From Elusimicrobiota bacterium (lineage in GTDB: Bacteria; Elusimicrobiota; Elusimicrobia; Elusimicrobiales; UBA9959): DNA of 64,000 nt. The stretch spans positions 1-64,000 of the forward strand of contig DAIENX010000008.1 in NCBI GenBank assembly GCA_027340875.1, given 5' to 3'. Position numbers and translations under genes: made by a program. Within the stretch, counting starts at the first letter, position 1. The number at the start of each line of letters is the position of its first letter. Positions 1 to 9,779 of the stretch are shown in pieces. The notes under the pieces are model-generated. The model made no database searches and had not been told where the DNA came from. It saw nothing but the letters and a program-made list of their open reading frames with translations.

Positions 1-34
1 GCCTCCAACTGTGAACTCCCCGAAGGAAGGGGAC

Positions 35-67
35 GCGAAAACCCGCCAAAAGCGGGTTTTCGCATTT
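35..67 (+). terminator. Intrinsic terminator of a gene upstream of the window
   Basis: Stem GCGAAAACCCGC-caaaa-GCGGGTTTTCGC followed by attt. Confidence 0.6.
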
Positions 68-150
68 ACGGGCGCCCTGCCCGTTATTGTGGGGAAACTC
101 GATAATTTTGTTTAATTATATTAATAGGCAGCCGGGCTGCCGGGCCGTCT

Positions 151-223
151 GGTGCGCCGCCGTTCGATGAGCATAGCTCCTGATACGGCACAAGCATAGC
201 TTAGTAGCGCCTGATACGGCACA
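151..223. repeat. Partial inverted copy of the structured element core at 63305-63359, with an internal direct repeat
   Basis: GAGCATAGCTCCTGATACGGCACAAGCATAGCTTAGTAGCGC (169-210) vs the reverse complement of 63305-63345, GAGCATAGCTCCTGATGCGGCACGGGCATAGCCCAGTGCGC; CCTGATACGGCACA occurs at 179-192 and 210-223. Confidence 0.8.
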
Positions 224-240
224 GCCGGCTAGGAGGCTTC

Positions 241-1731
241 ATGGGTAAATTCGTGGAGTGCGTTCCCAATTTCAGCGAAGGAAGAGACCTTTCCAAGATC
301 AACGCGATAGTGGACGCCGCCAAGGGTGTGCCGGGAGTTCTGGTACTGGACGTAGAAAAGGACGCCGACCATAACCGCACCGTTCTCACTTTCATGGCCC
401 CGGTGGAGACCGCGGCCGACGCCATGTTCGCCGTCACTAAGAAGGCGGCCGAGCTCATAGACCTCAATCATCATAAAGGGGAGCATCCCCGCATGGGAGC
501 CACGGACGTGGCCCCGTTCATCCCGGTGATGGATTCCACTATAGAGGATTGCATAAAGCTGGCCGAGAAGGCCGGCGAGCGCATAGGCCGCGAGCTGCAG
601 ATACCCGTCTATCTTTACGACAAGGCCGCCCGCGTCGAGACCCGCCGCGACCTGGCCAAGGTGCGCAAGGGACAGTTCGAGGGCATGCGCGAGGAGATAG
701 GGAAGAACCCCGAGAGGGTGCCGGACTTCGGCCCCAACCATATTCACGCTACCGCCGGGGCCATGGCCGTAGGCGCACGCAACCAGATAGTCAATTTCAA
801 CGTCAACCTGGCGACGAAGGACATGGACTTCGCCAAGGGCCTGGCCAAGAAGATACGCACCACCGGCGGCGGTCTGCCGGCGCTGCGCGCCAAGGAGATC
901 TTCCTGGAGAGCAAGGGCCAGGTGCAGATGTCCACCGTGCTGACCGATTACCGGACCACCTCCATCAAGCGCGCACTCGACGAGATGAAGAAGGAGCTGG
1001 ACCCGAAAGGCATAGCCATAACCGGCACCGAACTGATAGGCCTTACCACGCAGGAGGCGCTGACCGACTACGCCGTGGAGGAGCTGAAGGTGCAGGATTT
1101 CAAGAAGGACGAGCAGGTGCTCGAGACCAAGCTGCTGAAGCTGCTCAGCTCCTGGGAGAGCGGCGCTAACCTGTTCGTGGACGCGCTGGCCAACACCGAC
1201 CCGACCCCGGGCGGCGGCGCGGCCGCCGGCATCAGCGGCGCGATGGGCTGCGCGCTGGGCCAGATGGCCATAGGCATCACCCTGCGCGGCAAGAAGCTGG
1301 AAGAGGCGAAGAAGCCGGCCCTGAACGAGCTGCTGGCCCGCCTGGGCGAGCACCGGGCTTCCCTGCAGGCCTGCGTGGGGGAGGACGTCGCGTCCTTCAA
1401 CGGCTTCATGGAAGCCATGAAGATACCGAAGGAGAACCCGGAGCGCAAGGTGAAGATGCAGGCCGCGCTGAAGTACGCGGCCGAGGTGCCGCTGAAGACC
1501 GCCCGCCTGGCCTCCGAGGCCATGGCCGGCCTCACCGTCTGCGGCGCTTCTATATCCAAGCACGTCATCTCCGACTACCACAGCGCCCGTTACCTGCTGG
1601 AGTCGGCCGTGCGCTGCGCGGCCGAGAACGTGTTCATCAACGCGGACGGCCTTGAAGACAAGGTCTTCGCCGAAAAGATCGTCAACGAAGTGAAAGGCTA
1701 CCTCGCCGCGTGCGAGGCGGTAAAAGCATAA
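241..1731 (+). CDS. ftcd: Bifunctional glutamate formimidoyltransferase / formimidoyl-THF cyclodeaminase
   Basis: N-terminal VECVPNFSEGRD, DADHNRTV, GEHPRMGATDVAPF (FT domain); C-terminal PTPGGGAAAG...NVFIN (cyclodeaminase); AGGAGG RBS. Confidence 0.93.
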   Translation: MGKFVECVPNFSEGRDLSKINAIVDAAKGVPGVLVLDVEKDADHNRTVLTFMAPVETAADAMFAVTKKAAELIDLNHHKGEHPRMGATDVAPFIPVMDSTIEDCIKLAEKAGERIGRELQIPVYLYDKAARVETRRDLAKVRKGQFEGMREEIGKNPERVPDFGPNHIHATAGAMAVGARNQIVNFNVNLATKDMDFAKGLAKKIRTTGGGLPALRAKEIFLESKGQVQMSTVLTDYRTTSIKRALDEMKKELDPKGIAITGTELIGLTTQEALTDYAVEELKVQDFKKDEQVLETKLLKLLSSWESGANLFVDALANTDPTPGGGAAAGISGAMGCALGQMAIGITLRGKKLEEAKKPALNELLARLGEHRASLQACVGEDVASFNGFMEAMKIPKENPERKVKMQAALKYAAEVPLKTARLASEAMAGLTVCGASISKHVISDYHSARYLLESAVRCAAENVFINADGLEDKVFAEKIVNEVKGYLAACEAVKA

Positions 1732-1744
1732 ACAGGAGAGTTAA

Positions 1745-3385
1745 ATGGCAAGCATCGACGCTATATCACGCAATTTAATGCTGGACAGCCTCAAGGAGTA
1801 CGCCAAGAGGCGCATCCCTTACGACCTGGTCCGCGAGCTGGACGAGAAGAACGAGTTCCCCGAGGACATCCTGAAGGAGATGTACGACCATAACGTCCTG
1901 GGCCTGCACCTGCTGATGATCCCGGCCGAGTACGGCGGCGTCTCCGGCGGCACCTTCGACATCTACCGCGTCTGCGAGCAGCTCGCCCGCATAGACCTGG
2001 GTATCGCCACCGGCGTGTTCGCCACCTTCCTCGGCACCGACCCGCTCAACGTCGGCGGCACCGAGGAGCAGAAGGAGAAATGGCTGACCCGCATAGCCAA
2101 GGAGAACCTGCTGGTGGCCTACGGCGCCACCGAGCCGGACGCGGGTTCCGACCTGGTTAACCTGCGCACCCGCGCCGAGCACGTGGTGAAGAACGGCAAG
2201 ATAGCCGGCTACCGCATCACAGGCAACAAGCAGTGGATCTCCAACGGCGGCGTGGCGGACCTCTACACCATACTCGCCATGGCCCCGGGCGGCCCGTCCT
2301 GGTTCCTCGTGGAGAGGAACACCGACGGCTTCTCTCCCAACAAGCACGAGGACAAGCACGGCATCCGCCTCTCCAACACCGCCGGCCTGTCGCTCGACAA
2401 CGTCTATGTCCCGGCCGAGAACCTGATAGGCATGGAGGAGGGGAAAGGCCTCCTGCAGGCGCAGGCCGTGTTCGGCTATACCCGCCTGATGGTGGCCGCT
2501 TTCGGCCTCGGCGCCGGAGCGGAGGCGCTGGAGCAGGCGGTGCGCTACAGCCAGCAGCGCGTGCAGGCCGGCACCCCGCTCTCCGAGAAGCAGGGCTATA
2601 CCCACAAACTGATAGTGCCGAACGCCTGCCGTCTCGAGGCCGCGCGTTCCTACATCGAGGAGACCGCGCATAAGCTGGACTCGGGCGACCACGGCCTGCA
2701 GACCGAGGGCGCGATAGCCAAGTACACCGCTACCGAGGGCGGCAACCGGATGGCGGAGGACGCCATCCAGGCGCTGGGCGGCTACGGCTACACCCGCGAC
2801 TTCCCGGTGGAGAAGATCAAGCGCGACGTGAAGATCACCTGCATCTACGAGGGCACCAGCGAGATCATGGAGATGACCATCTACCGCGGCCGCTGGCAGG
2901 AGCATTTGAAGACGCGCGGCCGCTACTACATGGACCAGGCCGACAGACTGGACGAGCTGCACGCGCAGAAGCCCGGCGTGGGCGCGCATGCCGCGGCCCT
3001 GGCGCTGCGGGCGCTGTCCGCCGTGATGGAGGAGTGCCGCGTGCAGAAGCTGACCCGCCACCAGCACGTGACCTTCAAACTGGGCAAGTTGATAGCCGAC
3101 GCCGAGGTGGCCGCCTGCTTCGCGCGCGCCGCGGCGGCCGACAAGTACAGCGAGACCGTGCGCTTCGAGGCGCCGGCCTGGCAGGCGATGGCCCGCGTGT
3201 TCGCCCGCGAGACGGCGCTGAGGACGGCCGTGGAGGGCCTGGCGCTGGTGCTGGGTGCCGCCGATACGGCCGGCACGCTGGCCGACGCGCTCAACCTGGA
3301 CTCCATCCAGGCCGAGCAGAAGGGCCAGGTCTCCGACATGGACCTGGTCGCGCAGAAGCTCAAGCAGACTTTCAAGGCGAAATAA
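1745..3385 (+). CDS. Acyl-CoA dehydrogenase with C-terminal helical extension
   Basis: ATEPDAGSD, GNKQWISNG, AIQALGGYGY, catalytic IYEGTSEI; about 160 extra C-terminal residues. Confidence 0.9.
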   Translation: MASIDAISRNLMLDSLKEYAKRRIPYDLVRELDEKNEFPEDILKEMYDHNVLGLHLLMIPAEYGGVSGGTFDIYRVCEQLARIDLGIATGVFATFLGTDPLNVGGTEEQKEKWLTRIAKENLLVAYGATEPDAGSDLVNLRTRAEHVVKNGKIAGYRITGNKQWISNGGVADLYTILAMAPGGPSWFLVERNTDGFSPNKHEDKHGIRLSNTAGLSLDNVYVPAENLIGMEEGKGLLQAQAVFGYTRLMVAAFGLGAGAEALEQAVRYSQQRVQAGTPLSEKQGYTHKLIVPNACRLEAARSYIEETAHKLDSGDHGLQTEGAIAKYTATEGGNRMAEDAIQALGGYGYTRDFPVEKIKRDVKITCIYEGTSEIMEMTIYRGRWQEHLKTRGRYYMDQADRLDELHAQKPGVGAHAAALALRALSAVMEECRVQKLTRHQHVTFKLGKLIADAEVAACFARAAAADKYSETVRFEAPAWQAMARVFARETALRTAVEGLALVLGAADTAGTLADALNLDSIQAEQKGQVSDMDLVAQKLKQTFKAK

Positions 3386-3401
3386 CCAAGGAGACTTTGA
3401 G

Positions 3402-4193
3402 ATGAACATCGTCGTTTGCGTAAAGCAGGTTCCCGACAGCACCGAAGTCAAGATCAACCCGGAGACAGGCCACCTGATACGGGCCGGCGTTCCGAGCATC
3501 ATCAACCCGTACGACCATTTCGCCCTGCAGATGGCGCTGGAGCTGAAGAAGAAGCACAACTTCAGGCTCACGCTGGTCTCGATGGGCCCGCCGCAGGCCA
3601 AGGCCGTGGTCCAGCTGGGCCTGGCGCTGGGCGCGGACGAGGGGATACTCCTCTCCGACATGGCCTTCGCCGGCTCCGACACCTGGTCCACCTCCTACGC
3701 GCTGGCCAAGGCCATCCGCAAGATAGGCAAGACGGACATCATCTTCTGCGGCATGCAGGCCATAGACGGCGACACCGCCCAGACCGGCCCCGGCATTGCC
3801 CAGCAGCTGGGCATCCCGCAGGTCACCTTCTGCGAGAAGGTGGACGTGGACGGGCGCCGCGTGCTCGCCCGCAAGCAGATAGACGGCGGCCACGAGCTGC
3901 TGGAAGCCCGGCCGCCGGTGCTGATAACGATGGTGGTCCCGAAGGACCACGTACCCGCCTATCCGTCGCTGCCGGCCGTGCACGAATCCCTGAAGAAGCC
4001 GTTCCACGTCTGGAGCGCCGAGGACGTGGGCGCCGAGGCCCAGTACCTCGGCCTCAAGGGTTCCCCTACGCAGGTCAACAAGATCTATCCGCCCCCGCAG
4101 AGGGAGAAGGCGACGATGTTCTCCGGCTCTGGCCAGGAGGGCGTAGAGAAGATACTCGAGATAATGCGCGGCGAGCATTTCATCGGCGAGTAA
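3402..4193 (+). CDS. etfB: Electron transfer flavoprotein beta subunit
   Basis: MNIVVCVKQVPD start after AAGGAG; INPYD, AGSDTWST, QAIDGDTAQTGP. Confidence 0.93.
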   Translation: MNIVVCVKQVPDSTEVKINPETGHLIRAGVPSIINPYDHFALQMALELKKKHNFRLTLVSMGPPQAKAVVQLGLALGADEGILLSDMAFAGSDTWSTSYALAKAIRKIGKTDIIFCGMQAIDGDTAQTGPGIAQQLGIPQVTFCEKVDVDGRRVLARKQIDGGHELLEARPPVLITMVVPKDHVPAYPSLPAVHESLKKPFHVWSAEDVGAEAQYLGLKGSPTQVNKIYPPPQREKATMFSGSGQEGVEKILEIMRGEHFIGE

Positions 4194-4224
4194 GGACCAT
4201 TTCAAAGGATCACAGGAGAGAACG

Positions 4225-5424
4225 ATGATAGAAGTTTCCAACAAATGCATAGGCTGCAACAAGTGCGTTCCGGTCTGCCCGTTCGCGGCCATCAACATGA
4301 TAGACAAGAAGGCCACGATGAACGAGGCCTGCACCCTCTGCGGCGCCTGCGTGCAGGTCTGCCCGGTGAACGCGATCACCATCACCCGCGAGGAGGCCTC
4401 CACCAGGGACTTCTCCGGCTATAAGGGCGTCTGGGTCTACGTCGAACTTACCGAGACAGGCGACAAGAACCACCCGAAGAAGATAAAGCCGGTCACTTTC
4501 GAGCTGCTGGCCGCCGGCCGCCGGCTGGCCGACGAGCTGGGCGAGGACCTTTGCGCGGTACTCCTCTGCGACAAGGACCATAACTACGAGAAGGAGCTCG
4601 GGACCCACGGCGCCGACAAGGTGTACATGGTGGAGCACGAGGAGCTCTTCGAGTACAACACCGATATCTTCTCCACCGTGATCGTGGCCCTGGTCACCAG
4701 GCATAAGCCCTCTTCGATGCTCTACGGGGCGACCATACAGGGCCGCGACCTCGCGCCCCGCGTGGCCTCAGCGCTGTACGTGGGCCTTACCGCGGACTGC
4801 ACCGGCCTCGCCATCAAGGACGGCCTGCTGCTGCAGAGCCGCCCCGCCTTCGGCGGCAACATCATGGCGGACATCCTCGCGCCCAATTCCAGGCCGCAGA
4901 TGTCCACCGTCCGGCCCAACGTGATGAAGGCCGGCGAGCCCGTGCTCGGCCGCACCGCGGTCGTGGTACGCGAGACCGCCAAGCTGGACAAGAGCCTGCG
5001 CCGCGTCAAGGTGCTCGAGCGCAAGATAGAGCACGACGCCGGCGCCGTGAAGATAGAGAACGCCAATATCATAGTCTCCGGCGGCCGGGGCATGAAGACC
5101 AAGGACAAGTTCAAACAGCTCGACGAGCTCGCCAAGCTGCTAGGCGGCGTCGTGGGAGCCTCCCGCGCGGCCGTGGATATGGGCTTCAAGGAGAAGACGC
5201 ACCAGGTGGGCCAGAGCGGCACCACGGTCTCCCCCAAGCTGTACCTGGCCTTCGGCATCTCCGGCGCCGTGCAGCACATAGTGGGCATGAAGGCCTCGGA
5301 CGTTATCGTGGCCGTGAACAAGGACCCCAACGCCCCTATCTTCAACGTGGCCAAGTACGGCATCGTGGGCGATATCCACGAGATAGTGCCCAAGCTCATA
5401 GAGGCGCTCAAGAAGGTCAGATAG
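4225..5424 (+). CDS. etfA: Electron transfer flavoprotein alpha subunit with N-terminal 2x[4Fe-4S] ferredoxin domain
   Basis: CIGCNKCVPVCP and CTLCGACVQVCP; GLTADCT, SRPAFGGN, VSGGRG, QVGQSG, GISGAVQH, AVNKDPNAPIF. Confidence 0.93.
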   Translation: MIEVSNKCIGCNKCVPVCPFAAINMIDKKATMNEACTLCGACVQVCPVNAITITREEASTRDFSGYKGVWVYVELTETGDKNHPKKIKPVTFELLAAGRRLADELGEDLCAVLLCDKDHNYEKELGTHGADKVYMVEHEELFEYNTDIFSTVIVALVTRHKPSSMLYGATIQGRDLAPRVASALYVGLTADCTGLAIKDGLLLQSRPAFGGNIMADILAPNSRPQMSTVRPNVMKAGEPVLGRTAVVVRETAKLDKSLRRVKVLERKIEHDAGAVKIENANIIVSGGRGMKTKDKFKQLDELAKLLGGVVGASRAAVDMGFKEKTHQVGQSGTTVSPKLYLAFGISGAVQHIVGMKASDVIVAVNKDPNAPIFNVAKYGIVGDIHEIVPKLIEALKKVR

Positions 5425-5510
5425 ACCGTGTACGGCTGTCCGGCGGCCGGGTCCGCGGAGCGGACTAAAAACGCCTGTTTGCCGCCGCTGGCGCCGTACT
5501 ACTCGGATTT

Positions 5511-7523
5511 GTGACGCTGCTGAACAGGCTTCTGCTGATAGTATTCGGTTCCGGCATCATCCCCCTGGTGCCGGCGGCGGGTTTTTTGTTCTATTTCAAC
5601 GCCCGCGCCAAGCAGGACATCTCCAGCCTGCAGCAGAACGTGGCGCAGATGGCCGCGCTTATGATGGAGCGGGAGGCCCAGGACCTCTCCAGGCGCTTCG
5701 AGCGCATGTGGGACGGGGACTCCTCCTACGTCAGTCAGGCCGGCCTGGAACGGGCCCTCAAGAAGAACCCGGAATTCCTCTACCTAGCATTTACGAAGGC
5801 CGACGGCCGCGAGCTGATAAGCGGCGGCGCGCCGGAGCTCAAGAGATACTTCGGCCTGCTTAACCTGGCCGGCGACCCCCAGTTCCTGAGGGCGCTGCGT
5901 TCCGGTGTGCCGGCCCTGGGCAGCTTCGAGCTTATCTACGACATGCCGGTCTGCCGCCTGGTCTATCCTCTGGGGAAGGGCTATTACGCCTTCGCCGCGG
6001 TGAACCTACGTGACCTGCTGAACCAGCTGCATTCCCAGCGTCTTGGCGCCACCGGCGGCCTGCTGCTGTCGGATTCCGACGGCAAGGCACTGGCGCTTTC
6101 CGGTTCCTTCGAACCTTTCAACGATCTGGAGGTGCGCGACATGCTGCGGCGCGGCCATGCTTTCGAGATAGGCGGGCGGGGCGGACCCTACATAGGGGCG
6201 GCAGCCCCGGTGCGCGGCCTGGGGTTGTACATGATAGCGCTGGAGAACCGGGCCGAGGCCTTCGCCGGCATAAACCGCATCTCCTGGCTGATGGCCTTCT
6301 TCCTGCTGGCGGTGCTCACCGTCTTCTATTTCTCCTCGCTGCTGTTCACCAGCCGCCTCGGAGTGCCGGTGGCCGCGCTGATGGCCGGAGCCGGCAGGGT
6401 CTCGGCGGGCGATTTTAAGACCCCGGTGCCGGAGCACACCGAATTCACGGAGCTGTCCGCCCTGCTGCGCGCCTTCAACTCCATGATGCGCGAGGTCGAG
6501 CGCTATCACGGCATACAGGTGGAAAAAGTGTTCGAGGAGAAGCAGAAGCTCGAGCTCCTCGTCAGCCTGATACACGACGCCATCATCCTGGCCGACATGC
6601 GCGGCGAGCTGCTCTACGCCAACGCCGCCGCCAAGGCCATACTCGGACCGGACGCGGTGCCGGGCGAGAACGAGAAGATCCGCCGCAGGATGTCCCATCT
6701 CGTGGACCTGAAGGCCAGGTCCGGCAGCGGCGTCATCGAGCTCGACCACGGCGGGCAGACGAAATACTACCGCATCAGCATACAGACCCTTTCCGCCAGG
6801 ACGCAGAAGCCCGCTATCTTCATGGTGCTGCGCGACATCACGCTGGAGCGCCAGATCCAGAAGATGAAGGAAGACTTCTTCCATTCGGTGGCCCACGACC
6901 TGCGCGCCCCGCTGTTAACGATGCAAGGCTACATCAAGCTGCTCGAGAAGGAATTCTCTCCGGGGGCGAAGCAGGCGGGCTACGTGAGGAACGTCAAGGA
7001 TTCCAGCGACCGCCTGTTCAAGCTGCTCGAGAACATACTGGACATCTCGCGCATGGAGGCCGGACAGCTCAAGCCCGACATGCGGAAGGTGGACGCGTCG
7101 GCCTTCCTCTCCACAACGGCCGAAGGGTTCCGCGCCGTCTTCGAGGAGAAAGGCGTGGAACTGGACGTGGGCGCCTCCGTCAAAGCCGAGTTCATGGGCG
7201 ACGAGTCGCTGCTGCGCCGGGTGCTAGAGAACCTTCTTTCCAACGCGCTGAAGTTCACGCCCAAGGGCGGCAAGGTCTCCGCCTCCGTCCGGAAAGAGGG
7301 GGAGGATATCGTTTTCTCTGTAAAGGACACCGGCCCGGGCATTCCCGTGGACCAGCTGGAGGCGGTGTTCGAGAAGTACAAGCAGCTGAAGTCGGGCGAG
7401 GAAGCCCACGGCTTCGGCCTCGGGCTCGCGATAGCGCGTAAAATAGTGGAGCTGCACGGCGGCCGCATCTGGGCGGAAGCCGGGCCCGGCGGGAAGTTCA
7501 GTTTCTCTGTCAGGAGAAGTTGA
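5511..7523 (+). CDS. Membrane sensor histidine kinase (periplasmic sensor, HAMP, PAS, HisKA, HATPase)
   Basis: Two TM segments; H-box VAHDLRAPL, N-box NLLSNALKFT, DTGPGI, GFGLGLAIA. Confidence 0.9.
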   Translation: MTLLNRLLLIVFGSGIIPLVPAAGFLFYFNARAKQDISSLQQNVAQMAALMMEREAQDLSRRFERMWDGDSSYVSQAGLERALKKNPEFLYLAFTKADGRELISGGAPELKRYFGLLNLAGDPQFLRALRSGVPALGSFELIYDMPVCRLVYPLGKGYYAFAAVNLRDLLNQLHSQRLGATGGLLLSDSDGKALALSGSFEPFNDLEVRDMLRRGHAFEIGGRGGPYIGAAAPVRGLGLYMIALENRAEAFAGINRISWLMAFFLLAVLTVFYFSSLLFTSRLGVPVAALMAGAGRVSAGDFKTPVPEHTEFTELSALLRAFNSMMREVERYHGIQVEKVFEEKQKLELLVSLIHDAIILADMRGELLYANAAAKAILGPDAVPGENEKIRRRMSHLVDLKARSGSGVIELDHGGQTKYYRISIQTLSARTQKPAIFMVLRDITLERQIQKMKEDFFHSVAHDLRAPLLTMQGYIKLLEKEFSPGAKQAGYVRNVKDSSDRLFKLLENILDISRMEAGQLKPDMRKVDASAFLSTTAEGFRAVFEEKGVELDVGASVKAEFMGDESLLRRVLENLLSNALKFTPKGGKVSASVRKEGEDIVFSVKDTGPGIPVDQLEAVFEKYKQLKSGEEAHGFGLGLAIARKIVELHGGRIWAEAGPGGKFSFSVRRS

Positions 7524-7552
7524 CGGACCAGTCTTCTTTCAAGGGGTTGTCT

Positions 7553-9778
7553 ATGGCAAAAGAAAAATCGAAAGCTGAGAAATCATTCGGGAACAAACCG
7601 CTGTATATAGGGGTGGGCATCTTTACCGTCCTATGGTTCATTTCCACTGTGTTCGTGACAGCGACACAGAAGCTGAACTATAATTGGGATAATTTCATTC
7701 TTAACTTCCCCGGCAAGCTGTATAAAGTCACCAGCTTCTTTACCGGCTACGATCTGGGTTTCGATTACCAGGGGAACAGATATTCATTCGGTAAATTCAT
7801 CACCAAACCGGCCAACCCGAAAATAATAATCGCAGCGATCGACGACCTCACGCTGGAGGACTACGGCTGGCCCGTGCCCCGCAACTACTATGGCGACCTG
7901 GTCAGGAAGCTGAACCAGTACGGCGCGAAAGCCATAGTCTTCGACGTCATACTCTCCAAGAGCAAAAGGGAGATGCGAGCGGAGAACCAGAAGTTCGTCG
8001 ACGCGGTGGCGAGGGCCGGGAACGTCGTCAACCTCGTTTCACAGATATCTGGCACGGATGAGATAATCTACCCTATCGACGGGCTGGCAAAGGCCAGCGC
8101 CATAGTGGCGGAGCCGCATGTGGACGCCGCCATCGACCAGGACGGTCAGGTGCGCAAATATCTTCCGTTCTGGGGCAAGTTGTATACCTCGACGTTCCTC
8201 TTCGGGTACGCACCGTACGACATCATAACTTACGGCAATACTAAACTAAAGGACCTTCCTATTGCCAGGAAGTTCCCGGATCTCCCGATTCCCTCTATCG
8301 GCGTAGCAGGATATTCCCTTTATACCGGAAAGCATCTGTCGCAGCTTTCCGTGGAATTCGAGGAGGCGAAGGTCCTGAACTACAGGAACTTCGTAGAGAG
8401 GAAAAAGCATCCCGGCTGGGATAAGGACCCCAGGAACGTCACGGAGTCGACCTTCAGGCATATCTCCATGTCTGATATCCTGAGCGGGAAACTCAGCAAT
8501 GAGGAGAAAGAGGACCTCAAAGGCTGCATTGCCCTTGTCGGTTCCACTGCCGTAGGTGCTTTTGATCATTCTCCCAGCCCTTTCTGGGGACAGTTGCCGG
8601 GCGTGGAGGTACACGCTACTTTCATCGATAACGCCATCAACGGGGATTTCCTGACGCCGCTCTCCAACTTCTGGGTCACTTTGCTGGCCCTGCTGCTGCC
8701 GTGGTTGCCCGTCTTTCTCCGAAAGTACTCGCTGTCAACGCTCGTATCTGTCTGTCTTGGCGCTCTGTTCGCGCTCGTGACGCTCTATATGGTGCTGCGC
8801 ATCGACTGCGTACTGATGCCGTTCGCCACCGTATCGCTGGCGCTTTTCCTGCCTTTCGCCTACATAACCGTCGATAAGGGTCTCGCCGAGGGCCGGGAGA
8901 AGAAATGGATAAAGGGAACGTTCGGACAATATCTGTCCCCTAAAGTGGTCGAGCTTGTCACGAAAGACCCGTCCAAGCTCGCCCTCGGAGGAGATAAGCG
9001 CGACATGACCGCCTTCTTCCTGGACATAGCCGGCTTCACCACGATGTCGGAGAAGCTGGCGCCTGAGGAGCTCACGGCGATGCTTACCAACTACCTCTCG
9101 GGTCTGACGGAGATTATCCTCAAGCACGACGGGACGGTGGACAAGTATATAGGCGACTGCATCATGGCCTTCTGGAACGCGCCGCTGGACCAGGCCGAGC
9201 ACCGCAAGCTCGCCATCCTGGCGGCGGTGGACTGCCAGGCCGAGATGACGCGCCTGAACGAAGCTCTTACGCAGTACGATATAAAACCGTCCTGCCGCGT
9301 CGGCGTCAACTCCGGGCCTATGGTCGTGGGCAACATGGGCTCGAAGACGCGCCTTTCCTACACTATCATGGGCGACTCCGTGAACCTGGCCTCCCGCCTG
9401 GAAGGCGCTAATAAGTTCTTCCACTCCAAGATCATGACCAGCGAGTACACCTTCGAGGACATCAAGGAACAGTTCGACTACCGGTTCCTCGGCAGCATAC
9501 GCGTGGTCGGCAAGGCCATCCCCGTGAAGGTCTACGAGCCTTTCGCGCGCAAGGGGGCTGCTCCGGCGGACGTGCAGAGCATGCTGAAGAATTACGCCGC
9601 CGGCATCGAGAAGTTCTACAAGGGAGATTATTCCGGCTCCCTGCCGGACTTCAAGGCAGCGCTGGCGGCGCGACCGGGCGACGGGCCGTCCCAGTACTAC
9701 ATAGAGACTGCGGAGGCGTACGCCAAGGCGCCGCCGAAGGACTGGGACCAGTCCTTCAACCTTACTTCGAAGGGGTGA
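7553..9778 (+). CDS. CHASE2-domain class III adenylate cyclase
   Basis: CHASE2 motifs (IDD..L..YGWP, IVFDVI, DQDGQVR, LVGSTA, PGVEVHA), 3 TMs, FGQYLSPKVV, FLDIAGFTTMSE, DKYIGD, YTIMGDSVNLASRLEG; alternative start 7520. Confidence 0.9.
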   Translation: MAKEKSKAEKSFGNKPLYIGVGIFTVLWFISTVFVTATQKLNYNWDNFILNFPGKLYKVTSFFTGYDLGFDYQGNRYSFGKFITKPANPKIIIAAIDDLTLEDYGWPVPRNYYGDLVRKLNQYGAKAIVFDVILSKSKREMRAENQKFVDAVARAGNVVNLVSQISGTDEIIYPIDGLAKASAIVAEPHVDAAIDQDGQVRKYLPFWGKLYTSTFLFGYAPYDIITYGNTKLKDLPIARKFPDLPIPSIGVAGYSLYTGKHLSQLSVEFEEAKVLNYRNFVERKKHPGWDKDPRNVTESTFRHISMSDILSGKLSNEEKEDLKGCIALVGSTAVGAFDHSPSPFWGQLPGVEVHATFIDNAINGDFLTPLSNFWVTLLALLLPWLPVFLRKYSLSTLVSVCLGALFALVTLYMVLRIDCVLMPFATVSLALFLPFAYITVDKGLAEGREKKWIKGTFGQYLSPKVVELVTKDPSKLALGGDKRDMTAFFLDIAGFTTMSEKLAPEELTAMLTNYLSGLTEIILKHDGTVDKYIGDCIMAFWNAPLDQAEHRKLAILAAVDCQAEMTRLNEALTQYDIKPSCRVGVNSGPMVVGNMGSKTRLSYTIMGDSVNLASRLEGANKFFHSKIMTSEYTFEDIKEQFDYRFLGSIRVVGKAIPVKVYEPFARKGAAPADVQSMLKNYAAGIEKFYKGDYSGSLPDFKAALAARPGDGPSQYYIETAEAYAKAPPKDWDQSFNLTSKG

Positions 9779-9779
9779 T

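Noticed and set aside
1..7. GCCTCCA at the window edge resembling a tRNA 3' end, followed by a terminator
   Set aside because: Only 7 nt are visible; it fits equally well the end of a CDS (CTC CAA CTG TGA).
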